A model generated the notes under the pieces. It did no database searches, was not told the origin of the DNA, and saw only the letters and a program-made list of their open reading frames with translations. Positions 7,375-16,791 of a DNA stretch of 31,550 nt are shown here, piece by piece; the stretch's first letter is position 1, and every line of letters starts with the position of its first letter. The DNA lies in NCBI GenBank assembly GCA_015233155.1, contig JADFYG010000068.1, positions 1 to 31,550 on the forward strand. Reading direction: 5' to 3'. The translations under genes were made by a program, and so were the position numbers. This DNA is from Candidatus Rifleibacteriota bacterium (GTDB lineage Bacteria; Muiribacteriota; Ozemobacteria; Ozemobacterales; Ozemobacteraceae).

Positions 7375-7580
7375 AAATCAATGAGTGAAGCATTACATTG
7401 CAGAAAATTTGGGGCAATCCGATGTTCCGTGGTAACGTTATACTTACCGATGAGCTCAATCACACGCCACGGTGAAAATAGATTAACGGATATTTTTCCG
7501 AGGACATCGTGTTTTTATTCGTGTCGAAACAGTTGGCTGAGTCACATATTTCGAAATCAGGATAATAAGGGAGGCAGCGA

Positions 7581-9974
7581 ATGTGTACCGAACATGGCGG
7601 AATCTTCCGGCGATTGTTGTGTTGTCTTGCTCTGACGCTGGCTGTTGGCGTGTCACCAATCTTTGCCGATGGCATGATTTTTCCAAGTGACCCGGGGGAG
7701 CCGCACAGGATGATGTTTCTGCCTCCGCAGCCACAGCAGAATTTTACCATTCCCCTGTCGGTCACTTACCATCGCGTCAAGGTCGACATCAAGGAAACGG
7801 GCGCGGAAACACACGTAGACCAGGCTTTCTACAACCACGAACCGCGCACGGTCGAGGGCATGTATATTTTCCCGCTTCCGCCGGGGGCTTCCATCAGCGG
7901 CTTCGGAATGGACATAGACGGCACGATGACGAAGGCCGAGCTGCTTGATGCTGATAAGGCACGTGGAATCTACGAGGATATAGTTCGCCAGATGCGCGAT
8001 CCAGGACTGCTTGAATTCATGGGCCAGGGCATGTTCAAGACCCGGATCTATCCGATCGAAGGACTCAAGGAAAAGAAGGTAAAGATCGATTACCAGGAAG
8101 CCCTCAAACCGGAAGGCAACCTTATTCGCTATAGTTATCCGCTTAACATCGAGCGTTTTTCAAAAGAACCGATGAAGGAAGTTTCGATAGAGGTTCACAT
8201 TTCGTCGAAGACGCCGATCGGGACCATCTATTCACCATCACACAATATCCTGATCAAGAAGGAAGGCGATAACGCGGCGGTAGTCAGCTTCGAAGCTGAA
8301 AAGTTGCGGCCCGACAAGGATTTTGTGTTGTATTATTCGCTTTCCGAGAAGGACATGTCCATGTCGTTTCTCGCGCATCGTCCGGATCCGACTGAAGACG
8401 GAACGTTCATGATGATGCTTTCTCCGCGTAATGCCGATCAGGACAAAACGGTCCCACCGAAGGATGTTGCATTCATTTTCGACACATCCGGAAGCATGGT
8501 AGGCGAAAAGCTGTCGCAGGCCAAAAAGGCTCTCAACTTCTGTCTGAATTCCATGCGAAACGGAGACCGTTATTTTCTGGAATCCTTCGCGACTGAAGCG
8601 AACCCCTACAAAAAAGAGTTCACCGAAGTTAATGATCAGACACGCGCCGGCGCACTGGAATACGTAAAAGGTATCGAAGCTATGGGCGGGACAAATATAT
8701 CCGATTCGCTGGAAGCAGCCTTCAAAGCGTTGTCTAAGCGTGAAGGGGGGAAGGATCGATCCGCGTTTATCGTTTTCCTGACGGACGGAGCGCCCACGGC
8801 GGGCCTGACTGAACCGGAAGATATTCTCAAATCGGCGAAAGAATGGAATGCCCAGAAGGCCCGTGTCTTCGTGTTCGGCGTCGGAGATACCGTCAACACC
8901 ACGCTGCTTGACCGGCTTTCGGAAGAGCACGGTGGCGTATCTAATTATGTTTCCGACAAGGAAGACATCGAAGTCAAGGTATCTGACCTTTTTTCGAAGC
9001 TGTCACATCCTGCGATGACAGATGTATCACTCGATATTCGTAACGTCGAAACCGCGCAATTGTATCCAAGAACGATTCCGGACGTGTTCAGAGGCAGCCA
9101 TGTCATGGTGCTGGGCCGGTACAAGAAACCGGGAAATGCTCTCGTAAGACTGACCGGTACCATCGATGGAAAGCCCGTGCAGATGGATTATGAAACCACT
9201 TTTCCTGAGCAGGAAAAAGAAAACGGTTTCGTGGCACGCATCTGGGCTACGCGAAAGATCGGTTTTCTTCTCGACCAGATCCGCAAAAATGGCGTCGATG
9301 AGGAGTTGAAGGGTGAAATAGTGACGCTTGCCAAGCGGTATGGCATTCTCACTCCCTACACTTCGTTTCTTGTACTGGAAGACAAAAAGACGGCGTCCGG
9401 GCCTGATTTGCGCCGTATCATGGCTCCATCTCCCTCCATGGATGGAGAGTCACGCAAGAGATTTGATGAATCGAATGCCGCATTCGATGTCGGTCGATTA
9501 AAGGCGGAAAGTACCGGCGCCGATTCCGTTGACGCTGCCCAGGAAATGAGCGCGATGAAGGCGGCTGCGGGTCCTGCACCGGCACCGTCGTCAATGGCAG
9601 GAGGTTTCTCCGGAAAGCTTCGTCGTGCGCCTGCCTTCAATGCACAAGCCCCCGGTGGCTCATCCTTGGGGAATGAGGGCGAACGAGGTAGTGGGGCAGG
9701 GGGCGGCGGGATCCAGCAGCCTGTGAGCAAAATTGTCGCCGAGCGCACTTTCTACCTTATCGACGGAAAGTGGGTCGATAGCAACGTTAAGAGCGATACG
9801 CCCGATTTGAAGGTGAAAGCTTACACTGATGCGTATTTTGAACTTACCGCAAAATACACTGACGTGAACAAGTTTCTTGCCCTTGGAGACCGGCTCATCA
9901 TCCGGATCGGAAACAAGACGGTCGAGATCAGTCCTGACGAAGGCGAGTCAGCAAAAGGCAAGCTGAATCTCTGA
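7581..9974 (+). CDS. Secreted VIT (vault protein inter-alpha-trypsin) + von Willebrand factor A domain protein.
   Basis: A strong RBS (AAGGGAGG, 7 nt) precedes the ATG at 7581. The signal peptide is MCTEHGGIFRRLLCCLALTLAVGVSPIFADG. A VIT-type N-terminal region reads HVDQAFYNHEPRTVEGMYIFPLPPGASISGFGMDIDG. The vWA MIDAS motif is VAFIFDTSGSMVGEKL, with later LTDGAPT and VFVFGVGD. The C-terminus has an Ala/Pro/Gly/Ser low-complexity linker followed by a beta-rich tail. Confidence 0.85.
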   Translation: MCTEHGGIFRRLLCCLALTLAVGVSPIFADGMIFPSDPGEPHRMMFLPPQPQQNFTIPLSVTYHRVKVDIKETGAETHVDQAFYNHEPRTVEGMYIFPLPPGASISGFGMDIDGTMTKAELLDADKARGIYEDIVRQMRDPGLLEFMGQGMFKTRIYPIEGLKEKKVKIDYQEALKPEGNLIRYSYPLNIERFSKEPMKEVSIEVHISSKTPIGTIYSPSHNILIKKEGDNAAVVSFEAEKLRPDKDFVLYYSLSEKDMSMSFLAHRPDPTEDGTFMMMLSPRNADQDKTVPPKDVAFIFDTSGSMVGEKLSQAKKALNFCLNSMRNGDRYFLESFATEANPYKKEFTEVNDQTRAGALEYVKGIEAMGGTNISDSLEAAFKALSKREGGKDRSAFIVFLTDGAPTAGLTEPEDILKSAKEWNAQKARVFVFGVGDTVNTTLLDRLSEEHGGVSNYVSDKEDIEVKVSDLFSKLSHPAMTDVSLDIRNVETAQLYPRTIPDVFRGSHVMVLGRYKKPGNALVRLTGTIDGKPVQMDYETTFPEQEKENGFVARIWATRKIGFLLDQIRKNGVDEELKGEIVTLAKRYGILTPYTSFLVLEDKKTASGPDLRRIMAPSPSMDGESRKRFDESNAAFDVGRLKAESTGADSVDAAQEMSAMKAAAGPAPAPSSMAGGFSGKLRRAPAFNAQAPGGSSLGNEGERGSGAGGGGIQQPVSKIVAERTFYLIDGKWVDSNVKSDTPDLKVKAYTDAYFELTAKYTDVNKFLALGDRLIIRIGNKTVEISPDEGESAKGKLNL

Positions 9975-9996
9975 TACGGTATAAGTAACTTGTGGT

Positions 9997-10024
9997 AAAA
10001 GGGCGCGGCATGCCGCGCCCTTTG
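9997..10024. terminator. Bidirectional rho-independent terminator hairpin: AAAAGGGCGCGGC-ATG-CCGCGCCCTTTG.
   Basis: A perfect 9 bp GC-rich stem with a 3-4 nt loop is flanked by A-run and T-run sequence. It lies in the 100 nt gap between the convergent VIT/vWA gene (+) and the nucleotidyltransferase-like gene (-). Confidence 0.6.
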
Positions 10025-10077
10025 CGCACAGAAGAGAATTAGCCTCGTCTTTATTATGTCCTTGCCAATTCAACAAT

Positions 10078-10524
10078 TCATGGAAGATAATCAAGATCGC
10101 TTAAATCTTTGTGCCTTCCTGATGCCTTCTTGTTTTTCTTCAATTGTTCAAGATTGATGATACTGATCGATATCCCGTCAATAATGCTGACAATTCGTGA
10201 AGAATAGCATTCCTGAAACCCGACCCCATCAATGCTCGTCATGATTTCAATTCGAACTGGGGGAAGACCCATGCGAAATATTTTGGTGGGATCGGAAAAA
10301 TCCTCAATTGACAGAGTTGCGTCGCCAAATCCAAACTCTTTAATGAGCAAAATGAGTCGTTCAATGTTTTCGGAAGAAGCATCCACCCAGATATCCATGT
10401 CACCGGTAGGTCTTACATACCCGTGAAAGGTTACTGCATAACCACCAATAAGAAGATATTTAACGCTTTTCTCTGTGAGTAATCTCAAAAACTCTTTGAA
10501 ATCTTTCGCAAGAAACATCGCCAT
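10078..10524 (-). CDS. Nucleotidyltransferase-fold (pol-beta-like) small protein, a possible toxin/antitoxin-type component.
   Basis: KYLLIGGYAVTFHGYVRPTGDMDIWVD fits the minimal NTase motif hG[GS]-x(9-13)-DhDh. The 148 aa size and pairing with a small upstream ORF also fit. There is no homology search, so the assignment is tentative. Confidence 0.45.
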   Translation of the reverse strand: MAMFLAKDFKEFLRLLTEKSVKYLLIGGYAVTFHGYVRPTGDMDIWVDASSENIERLILLIKEFGFGDATLSIEDFSDPTKIFRMGLPPVRIEIMTSIDGVGFQECYSSRIVSIIDGISISIINLEQLKKNKKASGRHKDLSDLDYLP

Positions 10525-10666
10525 AATTCATCCTTCGCATGTATTCCAGCGCTTCAAAACGCTCTTCGGGAGTTTTTGATAACCAATAGGCAGTTTCGTC
10601 GGGCGGGTCGTGAAGATTCACCACAGAGAAATGTGTCTTATCCATTCGGAAATTATCATTACTCAT
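10460..10666 (-). CDS. Small conserved hypothetical protein (about 68 aa) paired with the NTase-fold gene.
   Basis: The ATG at 10666 is preceded by AAGGAAA. The product reads MSNDNFRMDKTHFSVVNLHDPPDETAYWLSKTPEERFEALEYMRRMNYG... Its 3' end overlaps the start of the downstream NTase-like ORF by about 60 nt in another frame, which is unusual. Either one of the two starts is wrong or there is a frameshift. Confidence 0.35.
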   Translation of the reverse strand: MSNDNFRMDKTHFSVVNLHDPPDETAYWLSKTPEERFEALEYMRRMNYGDVSCERFQRVFEITHREKR

Positions 10667-10812
10667 CCGTATTTCCTTTCCAGGACTTGGTGACGTTCGC
10701 TTCGGGCACAATCAGTCTAGCACACGAACTCGCGTCTTTCCATGGCATAAAACTCCCACAGCAAATAAACAGGAGGTCATTGACTGGGCTGAAAAGTAAG
10801 CTTTTCCAAGGT

Positions 10813-12645
10813 TCAGATCTCCTGCCCTTTGAACTGGCTGATATACAGTTTACGGTAAAACCCCCGCAGATCCAGTAATTGCTGGTGTGTGCCCTGCTCG
10901 ATGATTTCTCCCTGGTTGATAACCAGGACCTTGTTGGCATCCCGAATCGTGCTCAGACGGTGGGCAATGACGAAACTGGTCCGCCCTTTCATGAGACGAA
11001 GCAGAGCTTTTTGAATACGGGCTTCCGTTCTGGTATCCACGCTGCTGGTTGCTTCATCCAGTATAAGAATACATGGGTCCGCCAGGATAGCTCTGGCGAT
11101 AGCCAGAAGTTGTCTCTGACCCTGACTGAGATTGCTGGCTCTTTCAGAAAGAAGGGTTTGATAACCCTGGGGAAGCAGATGGATGAAGTGGTCAGCCTCA
11201 GCCAGTTTTGAAGCCACAATGACCTCCTCATCACTGGCGTTCAGCCTCCCGTAACGAATATTCTCCATGACTGTGTCGGAAAACAGGAAAGTGTCCTGCA
11301 AAACTATTCCCAGCTTTCGACGAAGCTCCGCTTTTTTAACCTTTCTGATATCGTGGCCATCAACGGTTATCGTTCCCTCATTGATCTCGTAAAATCGTGA
11401 CAAAAGGTTGATGATAGTGGTTTTGCCTGCCCCTGTAGGCCCTACCAGAGCTATGATTTCTCCCGTTTTTCCTTCCAGTGACATACTCCTGATAACAGGA
11501 ACATCCGATTGGTATCCGAAGCTCACATTTTCGAAGCGGACATTGCCGCTTATCGATTCAAGGGAAAGCGCATCAGGGCTGTCATGTAATTCAGGCTTGG
11601 TATCGATGATCTCAAATACCCGTTCGGCGCCGGCCAATGATGCCTGAATCGTGTTATACAAGCCCGCCAGCTGGCGCAACGGATGGATGAAATTCTGGGC
11701 ATAACTTATGAAAGTCGCGATAATTCCCACGCTAGCCAGATTTTGTAACGCCAGCCAGCCCCCAAAACCTGAAACTCCTATTACAAAAAAGTTTCCCAGC
11801 ACGTTTGTGAGCGGCATCAACAATAACGCATATGTATTCGCATAAACTCCGTTTCGGAAAACTTCCTGATTGTGCAGACGAAAACTTGCGATCACCGATT
11901 CACTTTTCTGGAAAGCTTTTACCACCTTTTGTCCGCTGATTGCTTCCTCCATGACACCATTGAGATCGCCAAGATGTTTCTGAAGATCGCCAAAAGCCTT
12001 GCGGGTGTAAGTGGCCACGAATCTGGCAAACCAAAGCATTATTGGAACCACGAATAGAGAGACAAAGGCCAGCCGCCAGTCGAGAACGAACATGGCCACG
12101 ACAATTCCCGACATTGACAATACGCTGGCAAACAAACCTGTGACATTTTGCGACACCGACTGGCTTATGGCATCGATATCGTTGGTAAGACGGCTCATCA
12201 GATCACCTGAAGAAATGTGATCAAAAAAGCTCAGCGGCAGAGTCTGCAGATGTCTGAATAGATCACGCCTCAGGCGCTTTAATACCTGCTGCGACATTCG
12301 GGCCGTAGTCCAGCCCGCCAACGCCTGAAAAAGGTTGTTTAAAATGTAGACCGTAAGCAGCAATAAGGCAATTCGAATTAATCCTTCAGAATCTTTTGCA
12401 GCAATGAAACCATCGATTGCCACGCCCATCAGATATGGACCTATCAGGTCGAGAACCGTGTAAATTAAAACGAACGCAATTATCAGTATCAAACTGAATT
12501 TGAAGTGAGTGAGAAATGGGAGCAATCTGCGCAAGGCGCTGCGCGGATTTTTTGCTCTTTCAATCCGAGTCATAAATCTCGATGGTCTTCTCTGAAAGCT
12601 ATCGCGAAGACCGTCTTTGTCATCATTCGTTTGCTGCGTAGTCAT
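10813..12645 (-). CDS. ABC transporter, fused permease/ATP-binding protein (type I exporter, MsbA/multidrug-like), second gene of the pair.
   Basis: The six-TM N-terminal half is followed by Walker A GPTGAGKTT, the ABC signature LSQGQRQL, Walker B ILILDEATSSVD and an H-loop AHRLST. The start overlaps the upstream gene's stop by 4 nt (ATGA). Confidence 0.9.
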   Translation of the reverse strand: MTTQQTNDDKDGLRDSFQRRPSRFMTRIERAKNPRSALRRLLPFLTHFKFSLILIIAFVLIYTVLDLIGPYLMGVAIDGFIAAKDSEGLIRIALLLLTVYILNNLFQALAGWTTARMSQQVLKRLRRDLFRHLQTLPLSFFDHISSGDLMSRLTNDIDAISQSVSQNVTGLFASVLSMSGIVVAMFVLDWRLAFVSLFVVPIMLWFARFVATYTRKAFGDLQKHLGDLNGVMEEAISGQKVVKAFQKSESVIASFRLHNQEVFRNGVYANTYALLLMPLTNVLGNFFVIGVSGFGGWLALQNLASVGIIATFISYAQNFIHPLRQLAGLYNTIQASLAGAERVFEIIDTKPELHDSPDALSLESISGNVRFENVSFGYQSDVPVIRSMSLEGKTGEIIALVGPTGAGKTTIINLLSRFYEINEGTITVDGHDIRKVKKAELRRKLGIVLQDTFLFSDTVMENIRYGRLNASDEEVIVASKLAEADHFIHLLPQGYQTLLSERASNLSQGQRQLLAIARAILADPCILILDEATSSVDTRTEARIQKALLRLMKGRTSFVIAHRLSTIRDANKVLVINQGEIIEQGTHQQLLDLRGFYRKLYISQFKGQEI

Positions 12646-14423
12646 TTTTTTATACTCTCTTGCCTGTCCGCCCGGACTTCAGCAATATCAGAGGCGCTGC
12701 CCAATTGAGAATCGTAGATTTCACGGTATATCTGATTGGATATCAGAAGTTCCTGGTGTGTACCTAGGGCGGCGATACTTCCCTTGTCCAGGACAACGAT
12801 CTTGTCGGCTTTTAAAGCGGTGCTGACGCGCTGAGTCACGAGAAGGGTGGTTTGTCGGGGCATCTGATCAGCCAATGCATTTTGAATCCTGATTTCTGTT
12901 TCCACGTCAACCGAACTGGTACTATCATCCAGAATCAAAATTCTCGGTTTGATGAGTAAAGCCCTGGCGATAGCGATTCTCTGCTTCTGGCCCCCGGACA
13001 AGTTCATCCCGCGTTGCTCAACACGTGAATCATATCCAAGAGGTCTTTCCATGATGAAGTCATGAGCCTGTGCGGCTTTTGCGGCGGCAATGACTTCCTC
13101 TTCAGTGGCATCGGGGCGGCCGTATCGGATGTTATCGCGAACAGTCCCGGAAAAAAGAATCGATTCCTGTGGAACTATGCCACACTGAGCGAAAAGATTT
13201 TCCTGCTTCAAATCCCGGATATCGATCTCATCGATTGTGATTTTTCCGGATGTAACATCGTAGTATCTCGGAATCAGATCAATCAATGAGGTTTTGCCCG
13301 CGCCGGTTGCGCCCAAAATGGCTACTACTTCTCCGGGTTCGGCGACCAGATTGATGTTCTTCAAAACCGGCTCATCGCTGCCGCTGCCATAATGAAAACT
13401 CACATTATCGAATACGATGCGTCCTCTGATTTTTTCGTGGAATATGACCGCATCTGGTTTATCCGTCACTTCCGAACTTGTTTCGAGAATTTCGTTTACG
13501 CGTCTCGCAGAGACTAGACCAGCTGCCCAAGTGTTTGAAAGCATACCCATTAAAATCAATGGAGTCATCGTGGTCAGCAGATAATTTGTAAAAGCGACGA
13601 CCTGACCAATTGACAGTTCTCCGCGAATAGCCTGCAAACCGCCTGACCATATGACAATAACCATCCCTGCGTTAACGCAGACGGTCAGAGCAGGTGACAT
13701 TGCAGCCATGAATTTAGTGACTCTTATGGAACAGTCTGTCAATGCATTGTTGGCCGTTTCAAAGCGCTCCTCTTCAAACCCCGAGCGTACAAAAGCCTTT
13801 ACCAGGCGCACTCCCGCGACATTTTCCTGAAGCACGTTATTGAGTTTGTCCAGTTTTTGTTGAACACCACGGAAAAGTGGTTCCATTTTGGTTATAAAAA
13901 AAACAATGATTATCAAAGTACCCATCAAAAGTGGAAGGAGAGTCATCGCCAGTATTTTACTTGTATTGACCATTAAAATAAGACTGCCGATCATCAGTAG
14001 GGGAGCCCTTGTCCCTATTCGCAAAGAGATCTGGATCATGGTTTTCACTGCGTTAATGTCGCTGGTCAGTCTGACCATTAACTGCCCTGTTCTTTGACGA
14101 TCGAGATTTCCGAAAGAAAATGTCTGTATCTTGAGAAACAGCGCATCGCGTAAATCGCGGGCAACGCTTTCTCCAACCTGAACCGAGAAATAATTGTTCC
14201 CGATAGCAAAAAGAGCACTCAACATGGAAAGACAAATCATGATTAAAGCGGTATGGATGACAACAGCCTGGTCATGTCGCGCAATGCCCTGATCAATAAT
14301 CCTTTGAATCAGCCGTGGGATGGAAAGATCCATGACCACCACTGAGCTTAGCAGAAGCAGAGCCAGGAGTGCCTTTTTCCAGTATGGCCGGCAGAATGAG
14401 GCTAATTTGAGAATAAGGTTCAT
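12642..14423 (-). CDS. ABC transporter, fused permease/ATP-binding protein (type I exporter), first gene of the pair. The two likely form a heterodimeric exporter.
   Basis: Walker A is GATGAGKTS, the signature is LSGGQKQR, Walker B is ILILDDSTSSVD, and the H-loop is TQRVST. The N-terminal transmembrane domain is MNLILKLASFCRPYWKKALLALLLLSSVVV... Confidence 0.9.
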   Translation of the reverse strand: MNLILKLASFCRPYWKKALLALLLLSSVVVMDLSIPRLIQRIIDQGIARHDQAVVIHTALIMICLSMLSALFAIGNNYFSVQVGESVARDLRDALFLKIQTFSFGNLDRQRTGQLMVRLTSDINAVKTMIQISLRIGTRAPLLMIGSLILMVNTSKILAMTLLPLLMGTLIIIVFFITKMEPLFRGVQQKLDKLNNVLQENVAGVRLVKAFVRSGFEEERFETANNALTDCSIRVTKFMAAMSPALTVCVNAGMVIVIWSGGLQAIRGELSIGQVVAFTNYLLTTMTPLILMGMLSNTWAAGLVSARRVNEILETSSEVTDKPDAVIFHEKIRGRIVFDNVSFHYGSGSDEPVLKNINLVAEPGEVVAILGATGAGKTSLIDLIPRYYDVTSGKITIDEIDIRDLKQENLFAQCGIVPQESILFSGTVRDNIRYGRPDATEEEVIAAAKAAQAHDFIMERPLGYDSRVEQRGMNLSGGQKQRIAIARALLIKPRILILDDSTSSVDVETEIRIQNALADQMPRQTTLLVTQRVSTALKADKIVVLDKGSIAALGTHQELLISNQIYREIYDSQLGSASDIAEVRADRQESIKK

Positions 14424-14647
14424 TATGTTAAATATTACAACAATCCGCGAGCAAAGTGATGCACAGGATCAAAATCAGTGCAAACTTATTCATAGTTTGT
14501 CATGACTATGCTGGACTTTTCAGTGCAAATTCCCACTTTATGCTGTAGTAGAGCTCGGGCAGAGAGAAATTTCTATTATGTTGGTTCTCGCGTGTCGTGT
14601 CGGTTCTTTGTAGTATTCCGGGACATTGCCCTGTTGGTTTGCAGAGT

Positions 14648-14794
14648 CACTTAATTCTCCCACGTAGAATGGCTTGGAGAGACTGATTTCATAGAATGGT
14701 AGGGCGGGACCGCTGGGCCCGCCGAGAAAGCTCGTGGTAAAAGAGGAGGCGCGCCCGGCGGTCGCCGCCCTACCTGTAGAAAATTAAATGACCC
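14648..14794. repeat. MITE-like or structured intergenic element, copy B, inverted relative to copy A.
   Basis: CACTTAATTCTCC (about 14648-14660) ... GAAAATTAAATGACC (about 14778-14793). The reverse complement aligns over its full length with 6019-6170, including GGTAGGGCGGCGACCGCCGGGCGCGCC and CCACGAGCTTT. The internal long stem is GGTAGGGCGGGACCGCTGGGCCCGCCG paired with CGGCGGTCGCCGCCCTACC. It lies in the 460 nt divergent region between the ABC operon and tkt. Confidence 0.6.
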
Positions 14795-14905
14795 TGGTGG
14801 GTCGGTTTTCTGACTGGAAAAATATCCCGGTTCATTGTATCTTTACGTTCTGATTACCGCTTTCAAACCTTGCCGTAAAGCAGGATGATCTGGAAAAGGA
14901 GATAT

Positions 14906-16768
14906 ATGATGCCTGAGAAGAAAGCTCTCATCAAGGAACTGGAACACCGTGCAGCACGCATTCGTTACCTTTCACTGAAATCGACCGCCGAAGCTGGCTC
15001 AGGACACCCAACATCATGCCTGTCAGCGGCTGATCTGTTGGCTGTGATGTTTTTTTCAGCCATGCATTACGATCCGGCGCATCCGGAAGCCCACGCAAAT
15101 GACCGGTTGGTGCTTTCCAAGGGGCATGCCGCGCCCGCGTTATATGCAGCCTGGTGTGAAGCAGGATATTTGAAGGAAGAGGAAGTCATGACGCTGCGGC
15201 GTATGAACAGCCGCATCGAAGGGCATCCGATGCCATCGTTGCCTTTCGTGGATGTCGCCACCGGATCACTTGGTCAGGGGCTCTCCGTAGGTCTTGGGAT
15301 AGCCCGATTTCAGAGTCAGGTGTTGAAAAATGGCGCTCGGACCTACGTATTCATGGGCGACGGCGAACTGGCCGAAGGGTCGGCCTGGGAAGCCTTCGGC
15401 CTGGCCGCGCACATGAAGATCGACAATCTGATCGCCGTCGCCGATATCAACCGCCTCGGCCAGAGCCGTGAAACAATGCATGGACACGATTTAAACACTT
15501 ATGCCCGCAAGGTCGAAGCTTTCGGCTGGGAAGCCCTCGTGATTGACGGACACAATATCGAAGAGATCCTCCGCGCTTTTGATCGCGCGCTGAAGGTCAA
15601 AGGCAAGCCCGTTTGCCTGCTCGCAAAGACGCAGAAAGGGTTTGGCGTTTCCGAGATTGCAGACAAGAACGGCTGGCACGGGAAACCTCTCAAGGTTGGC
15701 CCTGAGCTTGACGCGGCGCTGAAAGAAGTGGCTCCGGCCATCATGAAGTCTCCGCCGGTTCCTTCCATCGTTCATCCGCCTCAACTCAGGCAGTCACCGA
15801 AGGCAGGGCCTTTAATTCTTCCCAAAGTCCTGCCGCCATACGCAAAGGATGCCAAGGTGGCGACTCGTCAGGCCGTCGGAGATGCCCTATTGGCGCTTGG
15901 AAAGGCCGATGAGCGTATCTGGGTGATTGATGGCGACACCGGGAACTCGACATATGCGGACGCATTCATGAAAGAATTCCCCGATCGCTCAATCGAATGC
16001 TACATCGCAGAACAGAACATGGCTGGGATAGCCGCCGGGCTGGCTGCACGCGGAGCGATTCCATTTGCCTGCACGTTCGGTGCCTTCTGGTCGCGTGCTT
16101 TCGATCAGATTCGTATGGCCGCGCTTTCCGGCCTCAGGGTCAAGTTTATTGGTACACATGCCGGGATTTCGATCGGAGAGGATGGGCCATCCCAGATGGC
16201 GCTCGAAGACATCGCCACTTTCCGGACACTTCCGAACGGCGCAGTATTGTACCCGTCTGACGGCGTCTCAGCTTTTGCGTGCATCATGAATCTGGCGGCT
16301 CATGAAGGCCCAGGCTATGTGCGTTTGTCGCGGCCGGCGACTCCGCTTTTGTACCCCCTGAACGAGCAGTTTCCGATCGGCGGTCTGAAAACACCGATAT
16401 CATGTGATAAGCCTCGTCTGACAGTCGTTTCGGCTGGCGTCATACTGCATGAAGTGCTCAAAGCCGTTTCAGGTCTTGGAAAGAATGTTCCGATCCAGGT
16501 GGTTGATCTCTACTCGGTCAAGCCATTCCCAACCGCCGCATTTGCCGAACTGCTTGATAAATCAGGCGGTGCATGTGCCGTCTTCGAGGAGCATGCTTAT
16601 GAGGGTGGGGTAGGGGAGAGCATCGCTTCGGCCATGGCCGGTCACATCAAGTCATGGACGCATGTTGCAGTGAACAAGGTTCCGCGTTCAGGGACCCCGA
16701 GTGAGCTTCTCGAAATGTTCGGCCTTTCGGCGGATGCTATCGCAAAGACATTGAAGAAGTTGATATAG
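14906..16768 (+). CDS. tkt: Transketolase (single-chain, about 620 aa).
   Basis: The N-terminal TPP-binding region reads AGSGHPTSCLSAADLLAVMFF...DRLVLSKGHAAPALYAAW...GHP...GSLGQGLSVGLG...GDGELAEGSAWEA. Pyrimidine-binding and C-terminal domains are present. The best start is the ATG at 14906 or 14909, after the AAGGAG at 14896-14901; the ORF-track start at 14885 has no RBS. Confidence 0.8.
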   Translation: MMPEKKALIKELEHRAARIRYLSLKSTAEAGSGHPTSCLSAADLLAVMFFSAMHYDPAHPEAHANDRLVLSKGHAAPALYAAWCEAGYLKEEEVMTLRRMNSRIEGHPMPSLPFVDVATGSLGQGLSVGLGIARFQSQVLKNGARTYVFMGDGELAEGSAWEAFGLAAHMKIDNLIAVADINRLGQSRETMHGHDLNTYARKVEAFGWEALVIDGHNIEEILRAFDRALKVKGKPVCLLAKTQKGFGVSEIADKNGWHGKPLKVGPELDAALKEVAPAIMKSPPVPSIVHPPQLRQSPKAGPLILPKVLPPYAKDAKVATRQAVGDALLALGKADERIWVIDGDTGNSTYADAFMKEFPDRSIECYIAEQNMAGIAAGLAARGAIPFACTFGAFWSRAFDQIRMAALSGLRVKFIGTHAGISIGEDGPSQMALEDIATFRTLPNGAVLYPSDGVSAFACIMNLAAHEGPGYVRLSRPATPLLYPLNEQFPIGGLKTPISCDKPRLTVVSAGVILHEVLKAVSGLGKNVPIQVVDLYSVKPFPTAAFAELLDKSGGACAVFEEHAYEGGVGESIASAMAGHIKSWTHVAVNKVPRSGTPSELLEMFGLSADAIAKTLKKLI

Positions 16769-16791
16769 AGAAACCTGGAGGAGGAAGCACA

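Noticed and set aside
7581-9974. The VIT-vWA protein as a VPARP (vault PARP) ortholog partnering the MVP homolog.
   Set aside because: It has a secretory signal peptide and lacks the BRCT and PARP catalytic domains. Secreted VIT-vWA proteins are common in bacteria independent of MVP. It is kept only as a low-interest co-occurrence note.
14320-14505. A 61 aa + strand ORF spanning the start of the ABC gene and the intergenic region.
   Set aside because: It overlaps the ABC transporter start in antisense. It has no RBS and a low-complexity translation.
14648-14884. A possible TPP riboswitch upstream of transketolase.
   Set aside because: Transketolase is TPP-dependent, and a structured element sits in its leader. 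The element lacks the conserved CUGAGA and ACCUGAUCUGGAUAAUGCCAGCG cores of the THI-box. The same element also precedes an unrelated DUF1566 gene.
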